Below are positions 27,260 through 35,865 of a DNA stretch of 64,000 nt, one piece after another. A model generated the notes under the pieces. The model was not told the DNA's origin, made no database searches, and worked only from the letters and a program-made list of their open reading frames with translations. A program made the position numbers and the translations under genes. Numbering within the stretch: the stretch's first letter is position 1; every line of letters begins with the position of its first letter. The DNA comes from a virus: IMG/VR virus record IMGVR_UViG_3300028416_000485; one strand, given 5' to 3'.

Positions 27260-27603
27260 AAATCCATAATACTTTCAACTGTTCTATTTGTTTTTAACTT
27301 ATTATATTCAGTTAAGTATTTGTTTGTTGATTGCCAATACACATTTACGAGTTCATTGGCAAAATCTTGTAATACTTCTATTTCAATAGGTATACCACTA
27401 TCATCAACTAATATAGTTTCAGTTTGATGTAGTGCCAATAAACTTTGACAAAAACTTATAAGATCTTTTGTTACAGAAAACTGACCACCATTAAAATAAT
27501 AAACAAGATTATCGTGGTACTGTTCTTTTAACAAACGTTTTTGATTATTTAAAGTAATCATGTAATTGCTAAAATCTAATGCTTTTTCTAAGCGTTCGTC
27601 CAT
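27256..27603 (-). CDS. Hypothetical protein
   Basis: 115-aa ORF with SD AGGAGA; first gene of the GT operon. Confidence 0.75.
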   Translation of the reverse strand: MDERLEKALDFSNYMITLNNQKRLLKEQYHDNLVYYFNGGQFSVTKDLISFCQSLLALHQTETILVDDSGIPIEIEVLQDFANELVNVYWQSTNKYLTEYNKLKTNRTVESIMDL

Positions 27604-27626
27604 AAATATCTCCTACTTGTAATAGT

Positions 27627-27655
27627 AGTATATATGCTTTAGACTACATTGTCAA
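27627..27655 (-). promoter_or_regulatory. Sigma70-type promoter for the GT operon
   Basis: TTGACA-N17-TATACT. Confidence 0.75.
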
Positions 27656-27656
27656 G

Positions 27657-28766
27657 TTAAAAATCGGAATCTTTTGTTCCGGTTGGAGTAGGTAATGAGA
27701 TAGCATTGTAAGTAGTACTATCCCAAACAAAATCACTACTCGGAGTATAAGTGTATACTGTACTGTTGATTGTTGCTGTAACACTTTCGTCTACTAGCTG
27801 CCCTGCTGGTCCGCCTGGTTCTGCCTGGCCGCCTGTTCCAGAATCGCCATCGTCTAGTTCTATTTTAAACTTTAGTTGTGTTGCTGTATTAAATGCAGTA
27901 TTAGTACTTGCATAAATCCTAAAAAAGTTATCATCATAAATCTGTGCTACAGGTACATCTCCTGGATTACCTCCGGCTCTGCCGCCACCTTGTTTTTCAA
28001 AAATCTTTGTAGTTGGAGAACCAGTTGTAATACTTGCATTACTATAACCTGTTCCTGTGCCTGTTACTGAATCGCAACGCCAGGTATTTTGATTTACTCT
28101 ACCAAACCGTATTTGTCCAGCATCATTTAACACTTGTGCCCAGTCCCAATCTTTTGTATACTGAGTGCCTGTGGTTCCTCCACTTGCGTTTGATGCAAAA
28201 CGTATTTCTCCTCCAGATGCTAAGAAATATAAAAATGCTTGATGAGATCCAAAATCAACTGTAACTTCGTGCGATATAACTTTAACTGCGTCGGCCGATC
28301 CACCAAAACTTGTAGTACGAGAACTAGTTGTACTTGCTCCGCCTGTTGTTTCTAACGGATTTGGACCATCAAAACTACTAGTTGGAAAATCTGTAGATGT
28401 ATGATTAAATGCTAGAATAGTATTTGCTGTAGTAGTTAGGTCGGTAATATGTTGTTCAACAATTTGATCAACTCCTTGTTCAAAGTCAGTAGGATCAATA
28501 TCAGTTGCTAATGTGCCGGTTTGATGAACATGTGCCGCTTGTATATCCAACCATAAATCAAAGTATTGTTGCTCAGTTACTGTATCACTTACACCTGGTG
28601 TATTTCCGCCAACTACTGTATTACTACTAAAACTTCTACCATATCCGCTTGTACTTGTTAGTGGAGTTGTCAATGACCCATATTCAGTCCAAACAGATTG
28701 ATTGCCTACTCTTCCAGCTATTGATTCTCTAATATTATTATAGTTAAGAGCAGATATTGATGGCAT
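27657..28766 (-). CDS. Virion structural protein (Thr/Gly-rich)
   Basis: Paralogue of 28814..29731 (GGEIRF, K..DW, AGQI.FGR, Y.DN); lies in the tail module. Confidence 0.6.
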   Translation of the reverse strand: MPSISALNYNNIRESIAGRVGNQSVWTEYGSLTTPLTSTSGYGRSFSSNTVVGGNTPGVSDTVTEQQYFDLWLDIQAAHVHQTGTLATDIDPTDFEQGVDQIVEQHITDLTTTANTILAFNHTSTDFPTSSFDGPNPLETTGGASTTSSRTTSFGGSADAVKVISHEVTVDFGSHQAFLYFLASGGEIRFASNASGGTTGTQYTKDWDWAQVLNDAGQIRFGRVNQNTWRCDSVTGTGTGYSNASITTGSPTTKIFEKQGGGRAGGNPGDVPVAQIYDDNFFRIYASTNTAFNTATQLKFKIELDDGDSGTGGQAEPGGPAGQLVDESVTATINSTVYTYTPSSDFVWDSTTYNAISLPTPTGTKDSDF

Positions 28767-28784
28767 CTATGGTTCCTTTTTTAT

Positions 28785-28813
28785 AATGTAACATACTATA
28801 CATTGTATGTCAA
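28785..28813 (-). promoter_or_regulatory. Sigma70-type promoter
   Basis: TTGACA-N17-TACATT upstream of SD AAGGA and ATG 28766. Confidence 0.55.
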
Positions 28814-29731
28814 TCATAAATCGCTTGTTTTTGCATACGACGGGGCTGGTGAACTTACATAAGAGCCCGATGCTCTAATATGCGAAACTGCACTAGTAAG
28901 AACTCCTGCAACATATTCATCTGCTCCTCCGGTGCCAACATCTAAATCATTAAATACAATATTAAAAGTAATATCAGTGTTATTTGATTCTAACTTTGCT
29001 TCAATATAATATTCGTTATCTGAATATCCGCCCGCAATGCTACCTGTTTTTCTATATATAGTTTGGTATGAAGTTGTTAAATCCTCATTGCCAATAGCAT
29101 AAGAAGTTCCTGATGGTTTTGTATTAGTAGTTACTGTTCTTCCAAATTTTATTTGGCCTGCATTAAATATAATATCATACCAGTCTTGATTTTTTTGTAG
29201 GTTAGTGTCAGCTGGAACATTATCAATATTGATTGACGAATCAAATCTAATTTCGCCACCAGCGTTAAAGAAACATCTGCGAGCTGCAATCGAAGAAAAA
29301 GATATCTGTACAGTATGATTAACTGATTGAGGCTGGGATGTTCCTCCCCAAGGCGATGTAGCTCCATCTCTTACACTATTAACTCCGCCTGATTCTATGT
29401 CAGCTTGATTGCCATTTAGAATAAATCTATCGTCTTCTAGTTCAACTATTAATATTTCATATGCATTATATAAAGCATCTTCTATTTCATTAGAAGTAGC
29501 AACTGTATTAATAGTAACTGGTGCAGTATTATTAATGTGTACATATACTTTTTCAAAGTCGGCAAACAATGTGTTCATGTCAGAAACTAATACTTCGTTT
29601 CCTTCGGCAACTGGATTACTCGATACAGTATTGTTGTATCCTTTATCACCAGACCCAACTCCTAATAATGCTGAAATTTTTCCTTGTAGTTCGTTGTATC
29701 TTGATTGTGAGATAATGTCGCCGACTGCCAT
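28814..29731 (-). CDS. Virion structural protein
   Basis: FFNAGGEIRF motif; TAAATA motif upstream; tail module context. Confidence 0.6.
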   Translation of the reverse strand: MAVGDIISQSRYNELQGKISALLGVGSGDKGYNNTVSSNPVAEGNEVLVSDMNTLFADFEKVYVHINNTAPVTINTVATSNEIEDALYNAYEILIVELEDDRFILNGNQADIESGGVNSVRDGATSPWGGTSQPQSVNHTVQISFSSIAARRCFFNAGGEIRFDSSINIDNVPADTNLQKNQDWYDIIFNAGQIKFGRTVTTNTKPSGTSYAIGNEDLTTSYQTIYRKTGSIAGGYSDNEYYIEAKLESNNTDITFNIVFNDLDVGTGGADEYVAGVLTSAVSHIRASGSYVSSPAPSYAKTSDL

Positions 29732-29747
29732 AACTTTTCCTTTTTAG

Positions 29748-29753
29748 TATTTA
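29748..29753 (-). promoter_or_regulatory. Late promoter motif TAAATA
   Basis: GTAAATAC upstream of SD AAGGA; overlaps the upstream stop codon. Confidence 0.55.
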
Positions 29754-31286
29754 CACTTTTAAAACGCACTCAACCAACTTTTCTGAAGGATCGTCGCTTG
29801 ATTCTAATGCAATACCAACTAATGCTTTAGTAGCAGTTTGAGAAGCAACTCCGTCTTCCCATGCATACAATGCCATTCCTTTTTGAACTATGCCTGTGCA
29901 TCTTACTGGTACACGGCCCTTTAGTGCAATAGCTTGTCCGTCGATTTCTGAATTCATTAAGTAAGCTGGATTTTCACTGATAACACCTATTGCAAAATCG
30001 CTAGATTTTGCAGGTCTTGTTTCGGCACTAATATCTTGTGATTCTGTAAACTTAGCACTCGATACTGCCATTACTGTTCCAACTGGATGTGTTTCTTCTG
30101 TTGTATATTTTTCTGCAAGGTCAGCATAACGTGCTTTAGTTGCTGTACCATTGAATACTGTTGCAGTTAAGTTTCCACTACTATCTCTTGCTGCAATAGT
30201 GTTTACTCCTGCTGTAGTAGATGCGCTGCGGGCAGTACCACCTACATCAAGTGCATTGGCACTTGTTGCCGATCCGTTAAATGTAGTAGCATACATTGTA
30301 TTAAACTTTTCGGTTGCGCTACCAATGTTATACAGGTTTGTTGTTTCTGGATAAATTCCTTTATCAACTGATGCGTTTCTTATCGAAACAATGCCTACAG
30401 CTGATCCTGCTGCTGGTGCAGTTAATGCAAACAATATCTTGTTACTTGCGTTATTTTGATTTACAAGTCTTGGAACTGTGCCATCATTTACGTCTATTTT
30501 TAAATCGTTACTGTTACCAACTGTAAATCCAGCATCGCCCAATGCTAATGAATCAGTTGTTTTTAAATAATCACTAGCTAAAAAGCCGCCTAAACGTAAT
30601 GCATCATTTGCAGATCCCCAAATAATTGGTTCATTGTTAGCACCGGTAACCGGCTGGTCTAGCTCATTTTGTGTGATTCCTGTAGTACTATTAACTAAAG
30701 TAATACCTTTTTTGATTAAACTAAATCCGGTTAACGAAGGAACACCAGCTGCTTGTACGCCATTTAATGTAAATTCTTCTCCAGAAATTACATACACACT
30801 AACATCATTTATTAGAGCAACAATAATAGTTTTTTCAACTGACGGAACTGAGTTATCTGTAACATTAACACTAAGCATCTGTGTTGTTCCGCTGCCTGCA
30901 CTTTGAGGACCTACTAAGATAAATTCACCTGCTGCTGTTTTACCGTACAGTTGATTACTTGTACTGCTCCACCATAAGTCGCCTTCATCTAGTCCTGCTG
31001 GTTCTGAACTTGAAACTTCTGTGCCGCCTGCTGTTTTCCACGCACTACCAGTATAAAACTTTAGTTTAGTAGTTCCTGCGTCATACCATACCTGGCCATC
31101 TATAGCTTTAGCAGGAGCAGTAGTTCCTCTAAAGTTTTCTAGTAAATGAACTAAATTTTCGTTCTGTGCTTCGCCAAAACCACTATAGTTTTTACCAATA
31201 AGTTTTAGATCAGTTGTTTGATCTATTGTGCCGTCTTCAACGACTGTTATCTGTGTACCGTTATATCTATTTACAATATAGGCCAT
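29751..31286 (-). CDS. Tail fibre protein with C-terminal chaperone/peptidase-G2-like domain
   Basis: Shared N-terminal GKNY.GFGE..NEN...LLENF..P...GQ.WYD domain; C-terminal YADLAEKY..GVIS.NPAYLMN..ALKGRVP. Confidence 0.7.
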   Translation of the reverse strand: MAYIVNRYNGTQITVVEDGTIDQTTDLKLIGKNYSGFGEAQNENLVHLLENFRGTTAPAKAIDGQVWYDAGTTKLKFYTGSAWKTAGGTEVSSSEPAGLDEGDLWWSSTSNQLYGKTAAGEFILVGPQSAGSGTTQMLSVNVTDNSVPSVEKTIIVALINDVSVYVISGEEFTLNGVQAAGVPSLTGFSLIKKGITLVNSTTGITQNELDQPVTGANNEPIIWGSANDALRLGGFLASDYLKTTDSLALGDAGFTVGNSNDLKIDVNDGTVPRLVNQNNASNKILFALTAPAAGSAVGIVSIRNASVDKGIYPETTNLYNIGSATEKFNTMYATTFNGSATSANALDVGGTARSASTTAGVNTIAARDSSGNLTATVFNGTATKARYADLAEKYTTEETHPVGTVMAVSSAKFTESQDISAETRPAKSSDFAIGVISENPAYLMNSEIDGQAIALKGRVPVRCTGIVQKGMALYAWEDGVASQTATKALVGIALESSDDPSEKLVECVLKV

Positions 31287-31316
31287 TGTTGCTCCTCGTG
31301 CTTAGTGCTCTTATGT

Positions 31317-31322
31317 TATTTA
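31317..31322 (-). promoter_or_regulatory. Late promoter motif TAAATA
   Basis: GATAAATA in the intergenic gap, upstream of SD GAGGAG. Confidence 0.6.
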
Positions 31323-31325
31323 TCG

Positions 31326-33248
31326 TTAAAGTGCCGATGCTGCTATTGTGCTGCCATTGACATCCCATAATCCGCTGTTTATCTTCATAGTTATTATTAG
31401 TCTAGTTGCTGTTAGATTAACTGTTGCTGTAGGAGAGTTGATTGTAAAATCGCCTATAACATTAACGTTTTGTGTACCAGCACTGTCAACTGCTGTTAAC
31501 GATTTTACAACGCCGGTGTTAACATCAATCGGATCTGACGAGCCTGTATAATAGTAAGCATGTATTTTTGCTGTTTTGCCTTGTGTGTCAAAGGGCGCTA
31601 CTGGTATTGGATATAGTTCTGTTAATAATACAGCAATATTAGTAAGCAATCCATCGTCAGCCAAAGTATCACCATATGTTCCTGTTGCATATGTAGTACC
31701 AAGTCCAGTAACATCAACTCCCATAACAATAGTTGCTGATTGTATTTCGTCATCAACATATCTTTTAACTATTACATCTTGATCCGCACCTTCTGTTAAT
31801 AATACGTTGTCGGCTTTTCGACGTGGACTTACTGGAGTTTCTACATTTGTTATTTTTACTTTGTTTATTAAGTTTATACTACCAGTTGATGCAAACTCTA
31901 GATTATTAGTTGTTGTGATACGATCTTCAGTAAATGTCATTGTATCACTTTGCAGGTTGTTTCCTACTACTAATGTATTAAGTTGTCCGATTCCTGTTAG
32001 GCTACTGTTTACAACTGTTGACCCTAATGTATCTAAAGACAAAACATTTGTGCTGTTAATAGCATAATAATTTAACTCGTTTTCAATATCGATAATATGA
32101 CTACTAGTCCAACTGTTGGTTGAATTTAACCAAGTCCACCGTTTATCGTCGCCTTCAACTCTTATAACAATACCGCCGTCGTCTGCTTCACTATCTGTTG
32201 CTAATGTACTATCGTCTTTAATTGCAAGTTCAATCTGATGGTCTTCAACTCTTAATGTAGCAACATCTAAACTTGTAGCGTCACCTTCGATCAATAAATC
32301 TCCAGTAACACGTAAATCACCAGTAACATCTAATGTGTATGCAGGATTTTCTTTAAAAACACCAATCTTCTTAGTATCTGCATCAAAATGCATAGCAGTG
32401 TATTGTCCAGACACGTCTTTAAGATCTATTTTTAAATCAGCATCTTGAATATTGTTTTGCCATAACGTTGTTTGGCCACTTACTTTTATTGTAAGATCTG
32501 TATCAAGTCCAACACTTAATCCGTTGTCATTTGCTATTGCTAGTCGACCTGTTGTAACATCGTCAACTACAGCACTTAAGAAACTATTTTGATCAAAAAC
32601 ATTTCCAAGCTCGTCAACAATCTTTCCAGCACTTGATGCTTTTCCAAGCCATTCAAAATCAACAAATGCTGTGTTTATGTTAACACCTTGTTTTAAATCT
32701 GTAAATCCTGTGATAGCCGGAAATGGTGTAAATGTTGTAGTCTCTTTTGAAAGTACAGCATATAGACTACCGTTTAAATATTTTTTAATAACTACTCTAT
32801 TTTGTCCTGTAGTATCTTTGATAGTTTCTATTTCATCGCCTGACCTAAGCTGATTTTTAGTATATGATGGTCCTACTAATACTGCTTCAACTCCGTTCCA
32901 AAACAACAACTGATCTTTAGATCCGTCTATCCATATATCTCCTGGTATTAGTTCTGACGGTTGAGAACTAGCATATATTGTACTATCTGTACTTCTAAAT
33001 GTTATACCATCGTATATTTTTAATCTACCTGTAGAAGTATCATACCAAAGTTGGCCTTTGAGCGGTTTAACTGGTGCTGTACTATTACTAAAGTTTTCCA
33101 ACATTTTAATAAAGTTTTCATTTATACTTTCACCAAACCCTTGATAGTTTTTTCCTATTAGTGCAATATCAGCACTGGATATATCTAACCTACCATCAAC
33201 TAGTTCTACTAGTAGCGATCCGTCTGTTTTGTTTAGTTTATAGGCCAT
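31326..33248 (-). CDS. Tail fibre/baseplate-associated structural protein
   Basis: Same N-terminal domain as its neighbours; LDVTGDLRVTGDL fibre repeats. Confidence 0.7.
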   Translation of the reverse strand: MAYKLNKTDGSLLVELVDGRLDISSADIALIGKNYQGFGESINENFIKMLENFSNSTAPVKPLKGQLWYDTSTGRLKIYDGITFRSTDSTIYASSQPSELIPGDIWIDGSKDQLLFWNGVEAVLVGPSYTKNQLRSGDEIETIKDTTGQNRVVIKKYLNGSLYAVLSKETTTFTPFPAITGFTDLKQGVNINTAFVDFEWLGKASSAGKIVDELGNVFDQNSFLSAVVDDVTTGRLAIANDNGLSVGLDTDLTIKVSGQTTLWQNNIQDADLKIDLKDVSGQYTAMHFDADTKKIGVFKENPAYTLDVTGDLRVTGDLLIEGDATSLDVATLRVEDHQIELAIKDDSTLATDSEADDGGIVIRVEGDDKRWTWLNSTNSWTSSHIIDIENELNYYAINSTNVLSLDTLGSTVVNSSLTGIGQLNTLVVGNNLQSDTMTFTEDRITTTNNLEFASTGSINLINKVKITNVETPVSPRRKADNVLLTEGADQDVIVKRYVDDEIQSATIVMGVDVTGLGTTYATGTYGDTLADDGLLTNIAVLLTELYPIPVAPFDTQGKTAKIHAYYYTGSSDPIDVNTGVVKSLTAVDSAGTQNVNVIGDFTINSPTATVNLTATRLIITMKINSGLWDVNGSTIAASAL

Positions 33249-35234
33249 TTATGATACTCCGTGATAGATAATAAAGTTAAGTGCAACATACGGATTTGTT
33301 ATATCTACTGCATCGTTTGCTATATCTACTACACCTCCTGATGTTTGTAGACGAGATCCAGTTCCAGACGAATCACCGTCATTGGGTACAACTTCAGATG
33401 CGGTTGCTGTAGCTGTTGTAGTAGCATAAAACTGCTCTCCTGTACTGCTTCGTAAATCGTGTTCGTGTTCCGGCAAGTTGGCTGCTGCTAAGGTAACATC
33501 CTCGCTACCTCCTATGCCGCCCATAACACCTACTGTTCCGTCTGTAATTCTATTATTAGATGCTAATACTCTACCAAGTCCTGCAGGCGATCTTCCTCGC
33601 ATATCCGGAATCTTAAATAATGTATTTGGATCGCTTGGAGTTCCGTGATACCATGTTGTTGGATCTGCTGCAAGATATCCTAATACTGTTGCTAAGTTAC
33701 CATATGTTGTTAATGATTTTTCAGCGCCATCTAAAATAAACCACCCATCGGGTGCAACTAGGCCTCCAAACATTATCACTGTGCCTACTGGCATAGTATC
33801 AATAGATCCAATCAGTTGATCAGGTGTTGCTTTAACTAATGTTCCGCCTTGATTCAACAACACTTCGTCGGTTGTTCTGTTTACACTAGATGCTGCTGCC
33901 CTGTCAGAAATAGCAGTTGATTGTATAGTTGATGTAAACGTTTTTGAAGAGCCGCCTGTTTGTCCGTCAAATGTAAAACTTGTTGCACTAACATCGCCTG
34001 CTAATGAAAATGTAGTTACACTATTAAGTTTGGCTGTACTACCTGCTGTTCCACTAACATTACCTGTTACGTTACCTGTTAGACTGCCTGTTATACGATT
34101 AGCATGAAGTGTATCATATGGCAGTACTGACGATCCAATAGAATAAACATTTGCTGTGTCAGGCATTATACTTGTTGTAGTTAAACTGCCGTCAACATCA
34201 AAGTTTCCTGTTACGGTTAAATTTCCAGTTACACTAGTATTGCCTGTCAGTCCTGTTGTTCCGGTTACAGTTAAGTTACCAGCAAGTTTTTGATTTCCAA
34301 CTACATCTAAACTTTCAGTTGGAGATAAGTTGTTAATACCTACATTAGTGTTTCCTTTAACTCTAATCGGTATTGAAAATATTCCGTTGTTGTTGACTCT
34401 TAAATCTATTGGTGCGCCTGGTACAGCATTTTCAATAATGCTATTGTTGCCTTCAACTAATACACTTAGTGTTTTCGAAACGCCAACTTCTAATCCGTCA
34501 TTTGTTTTGATTTGTAGTTTTTCAGCTAACTGATTAACAATATTATTACGCATAAATGCAGAACTTGGAATAACTCCGCCACTTACTAACAAGTTTTCTG
34601 CTGTTGTTGCAGTACCATTAAATTTTGCTGTAGTCAATGCTTGACTAAAGTTTGTTCCAACTTTTATTGGTGTTGTGCTATTAAATCCAGCAAATGCTGT
34701 TTTAGGTGAAAACTCAACTCTACTTGTAATAGTAACTGGTATATTTTCAATGTATACTACAACTACCGTTCGGGTAACATCACCGGTATCTATTAACTCA
34801 ACTGATTTTGCTCCAGTAGTATTTCCGTTACTAAAATCTGGTCCTATTAATAACCAGCCGCTGCCTGTATACAAATATAACTGACTAGTTGATGTATTAA
34901 CCCAAAGATCTCCTTTAACACTGTTTGTGCTATCAGGTTCTGATGCGTTCTTTTTTAGGCCGCCGGCTGCAACCCAGTTTGTACCATCATATATTTTTAA
35001 CTGATCTATGCTGTCTGTAGTATCATACCAAAGTTGTCCTTCAACAGGATTTAATGGCGGGTTAGCGTTTGAAAAGTTTTCTAATAGTTTTAAAAAGTTT
35101 TCATTAACAGCAACTCCGTAATCTGATAATAATCTGCCTGGAAGTTTTAAACTAGTTTCGGTATTGATTGCATTATCTTCAACAGTTATAATACCCTTAT
35201 TGGATTGATCAGTGAATGGAATCTCATATGCCAT
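33249..35234 (-). CDS. Tail fibre protein with tail-collar domain
   Basis: Shared N-terminal domain; MPVGTVIMFGG..P.GW...DG..FKIPDMRGR collar motif; LPEHEH and PYVALNFII tip motifs. Confidence 0.8.
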   Translation of the reverse strand: MAYEIPFTDQSNKGIITVEDNAINTETSLKLPGRLLSDYGVAVNENFLKLLENFSNANPPLNPVEGQLWYDTTDSIDQLKIYDGTNWVAAGGLKKNASEPDSTNSVKGDLWVNTSTSQLYLYTGSGWLLIGPDFSNGNTTGAKSVELIDTGDVTRTVVVVYIENIPVTITSRVEFSPKTAFAGFNSTTPIKVGTNFSQALTTAKFNGTATTAENLLVSGGVIPSSAFMRNNIVNQLAEKLQIKTNDGLEVGVSKTLSVLVEGNNSIIENAVPGAPIDLRVNNNGIFSIPIRVKGNTNVGINNLSPTESLDVVGNQKLAGNLTVTGTTGLTGNTSVTGNLTVTGNFDVDGSLTTTSIMPDTANVYSIGSSVLPYDTLHANRITGSLTGNVTGNVSGTAGSTAKLNSVTTFSLAGDVSATSFTFDGQTGGSSKTFTSTIQSTAISDRAAASSVNRTTDEVLLNQGGTLVKATPDQLIGSIDTMPVGTVIMFGGLVAPDGWFILDGAEKSLTTYGNLATVLGYLAADPTTWYHGTPSDPNTLFKIPDMRGRSPAGLGRVLASNNRITDGTVGVMGGIGGSEDVTLAAANLPEHEHDLRSSTGEQFYATTTATATASEVVPNDGDSSGTGSRLQTSGGVVDIANDAVDITNPYVALNFIIYHGVS

Positions 35235-35836
35235 TAAGTATTACCTCCCGAAAGACTTTGTACTCTTACAGTATAATCAATTTGTATTAACCTATTGAGT
35301 GATTTTTGTACTGGATGGAAAATAACATGTGTAAGAAGTCTTCCTGTTCCGCTAGATGAATATCCGACTAGCCCTAGCTCGTCAAATACAAACTGTTGTT
35401 CTGTATTAGCAGCAGTATCAAATGCATCTTGTCCTTCTGGTTCTCCATAATCTAACAAACAACTTACAACAATATCTGTATAGTTTGTACCAGTAACGTG
35501 ACGTGTTTCAATCTTATTTCTTTGAGGGTCAACATTGTTTACACTGCGATCGTCTACCACTTTTGCATATGTTTGATTGTACAAACTTGCATTTGTACCT
35601 GTGCTGTTTGGTGTTAAGTATGTAATAATACCAGTTGGATCAACAGTTGTTCCGCCGTTGCCAAACCCCATTTGATATATGTAGCCTGATCCAGCATTGC
35701 CAAGACTTTCAGCAAGACTAATACTCATATTTTCATAATGAATAGCATTGCGCTTGTTAACAAATACATGCCCACTTTCTGGATTGTGTATTTTTATGTG
35801 TCCTTCGAGGTGTACACCGCTTTGTTCGTTAATCAT
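35234..35836 (-). CDS. Putative baseplate/virion structural protein
   Basis: 200-aa ORF between the giant baseplate gene and fibre genes; late motif upstream. Confidence 0.6.
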   Translation of the reverse strand: MINEQSGVHLEGHIKIHNPESGHVFVNKRNAIHYENMSISLAESLGNAGSGYIYQMGFGNGGTTVDPTGIITYLTPNSTGTNASLYNQTYAKVVDDRSVNNVDPQRNKIETRHVTGTNYTDIVVSCLLDYGEPEGQDAFDTAANTEQQFVFDELGLVGYSSSGTGRLLTHVIFHPVQKSLNRLIQIDYTVRVQSLSGGNT

Positions 35837-35859
35837 GTTTCCATTCCGTTTCTATACTG

Positions 35860-35865
35860 TATTTA
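35860..35865 (-). promoter_or_regulatory. Late promoter motif TAAATA
   Basis: GATAAATACAGTAT overlapping the stop of the 4540-aa gene. Confidence 0.55.

Noticed and set aside
1-27603. Left half as bacterial host DNA (chimeric contig or prophage flank)
   Set aside because: Phage-like overlapping gene packing, phage late motifs and a fibre-like gene within it, no housekeeping genes, and a seamless junction with the structural block. Read mapping would be decisive.
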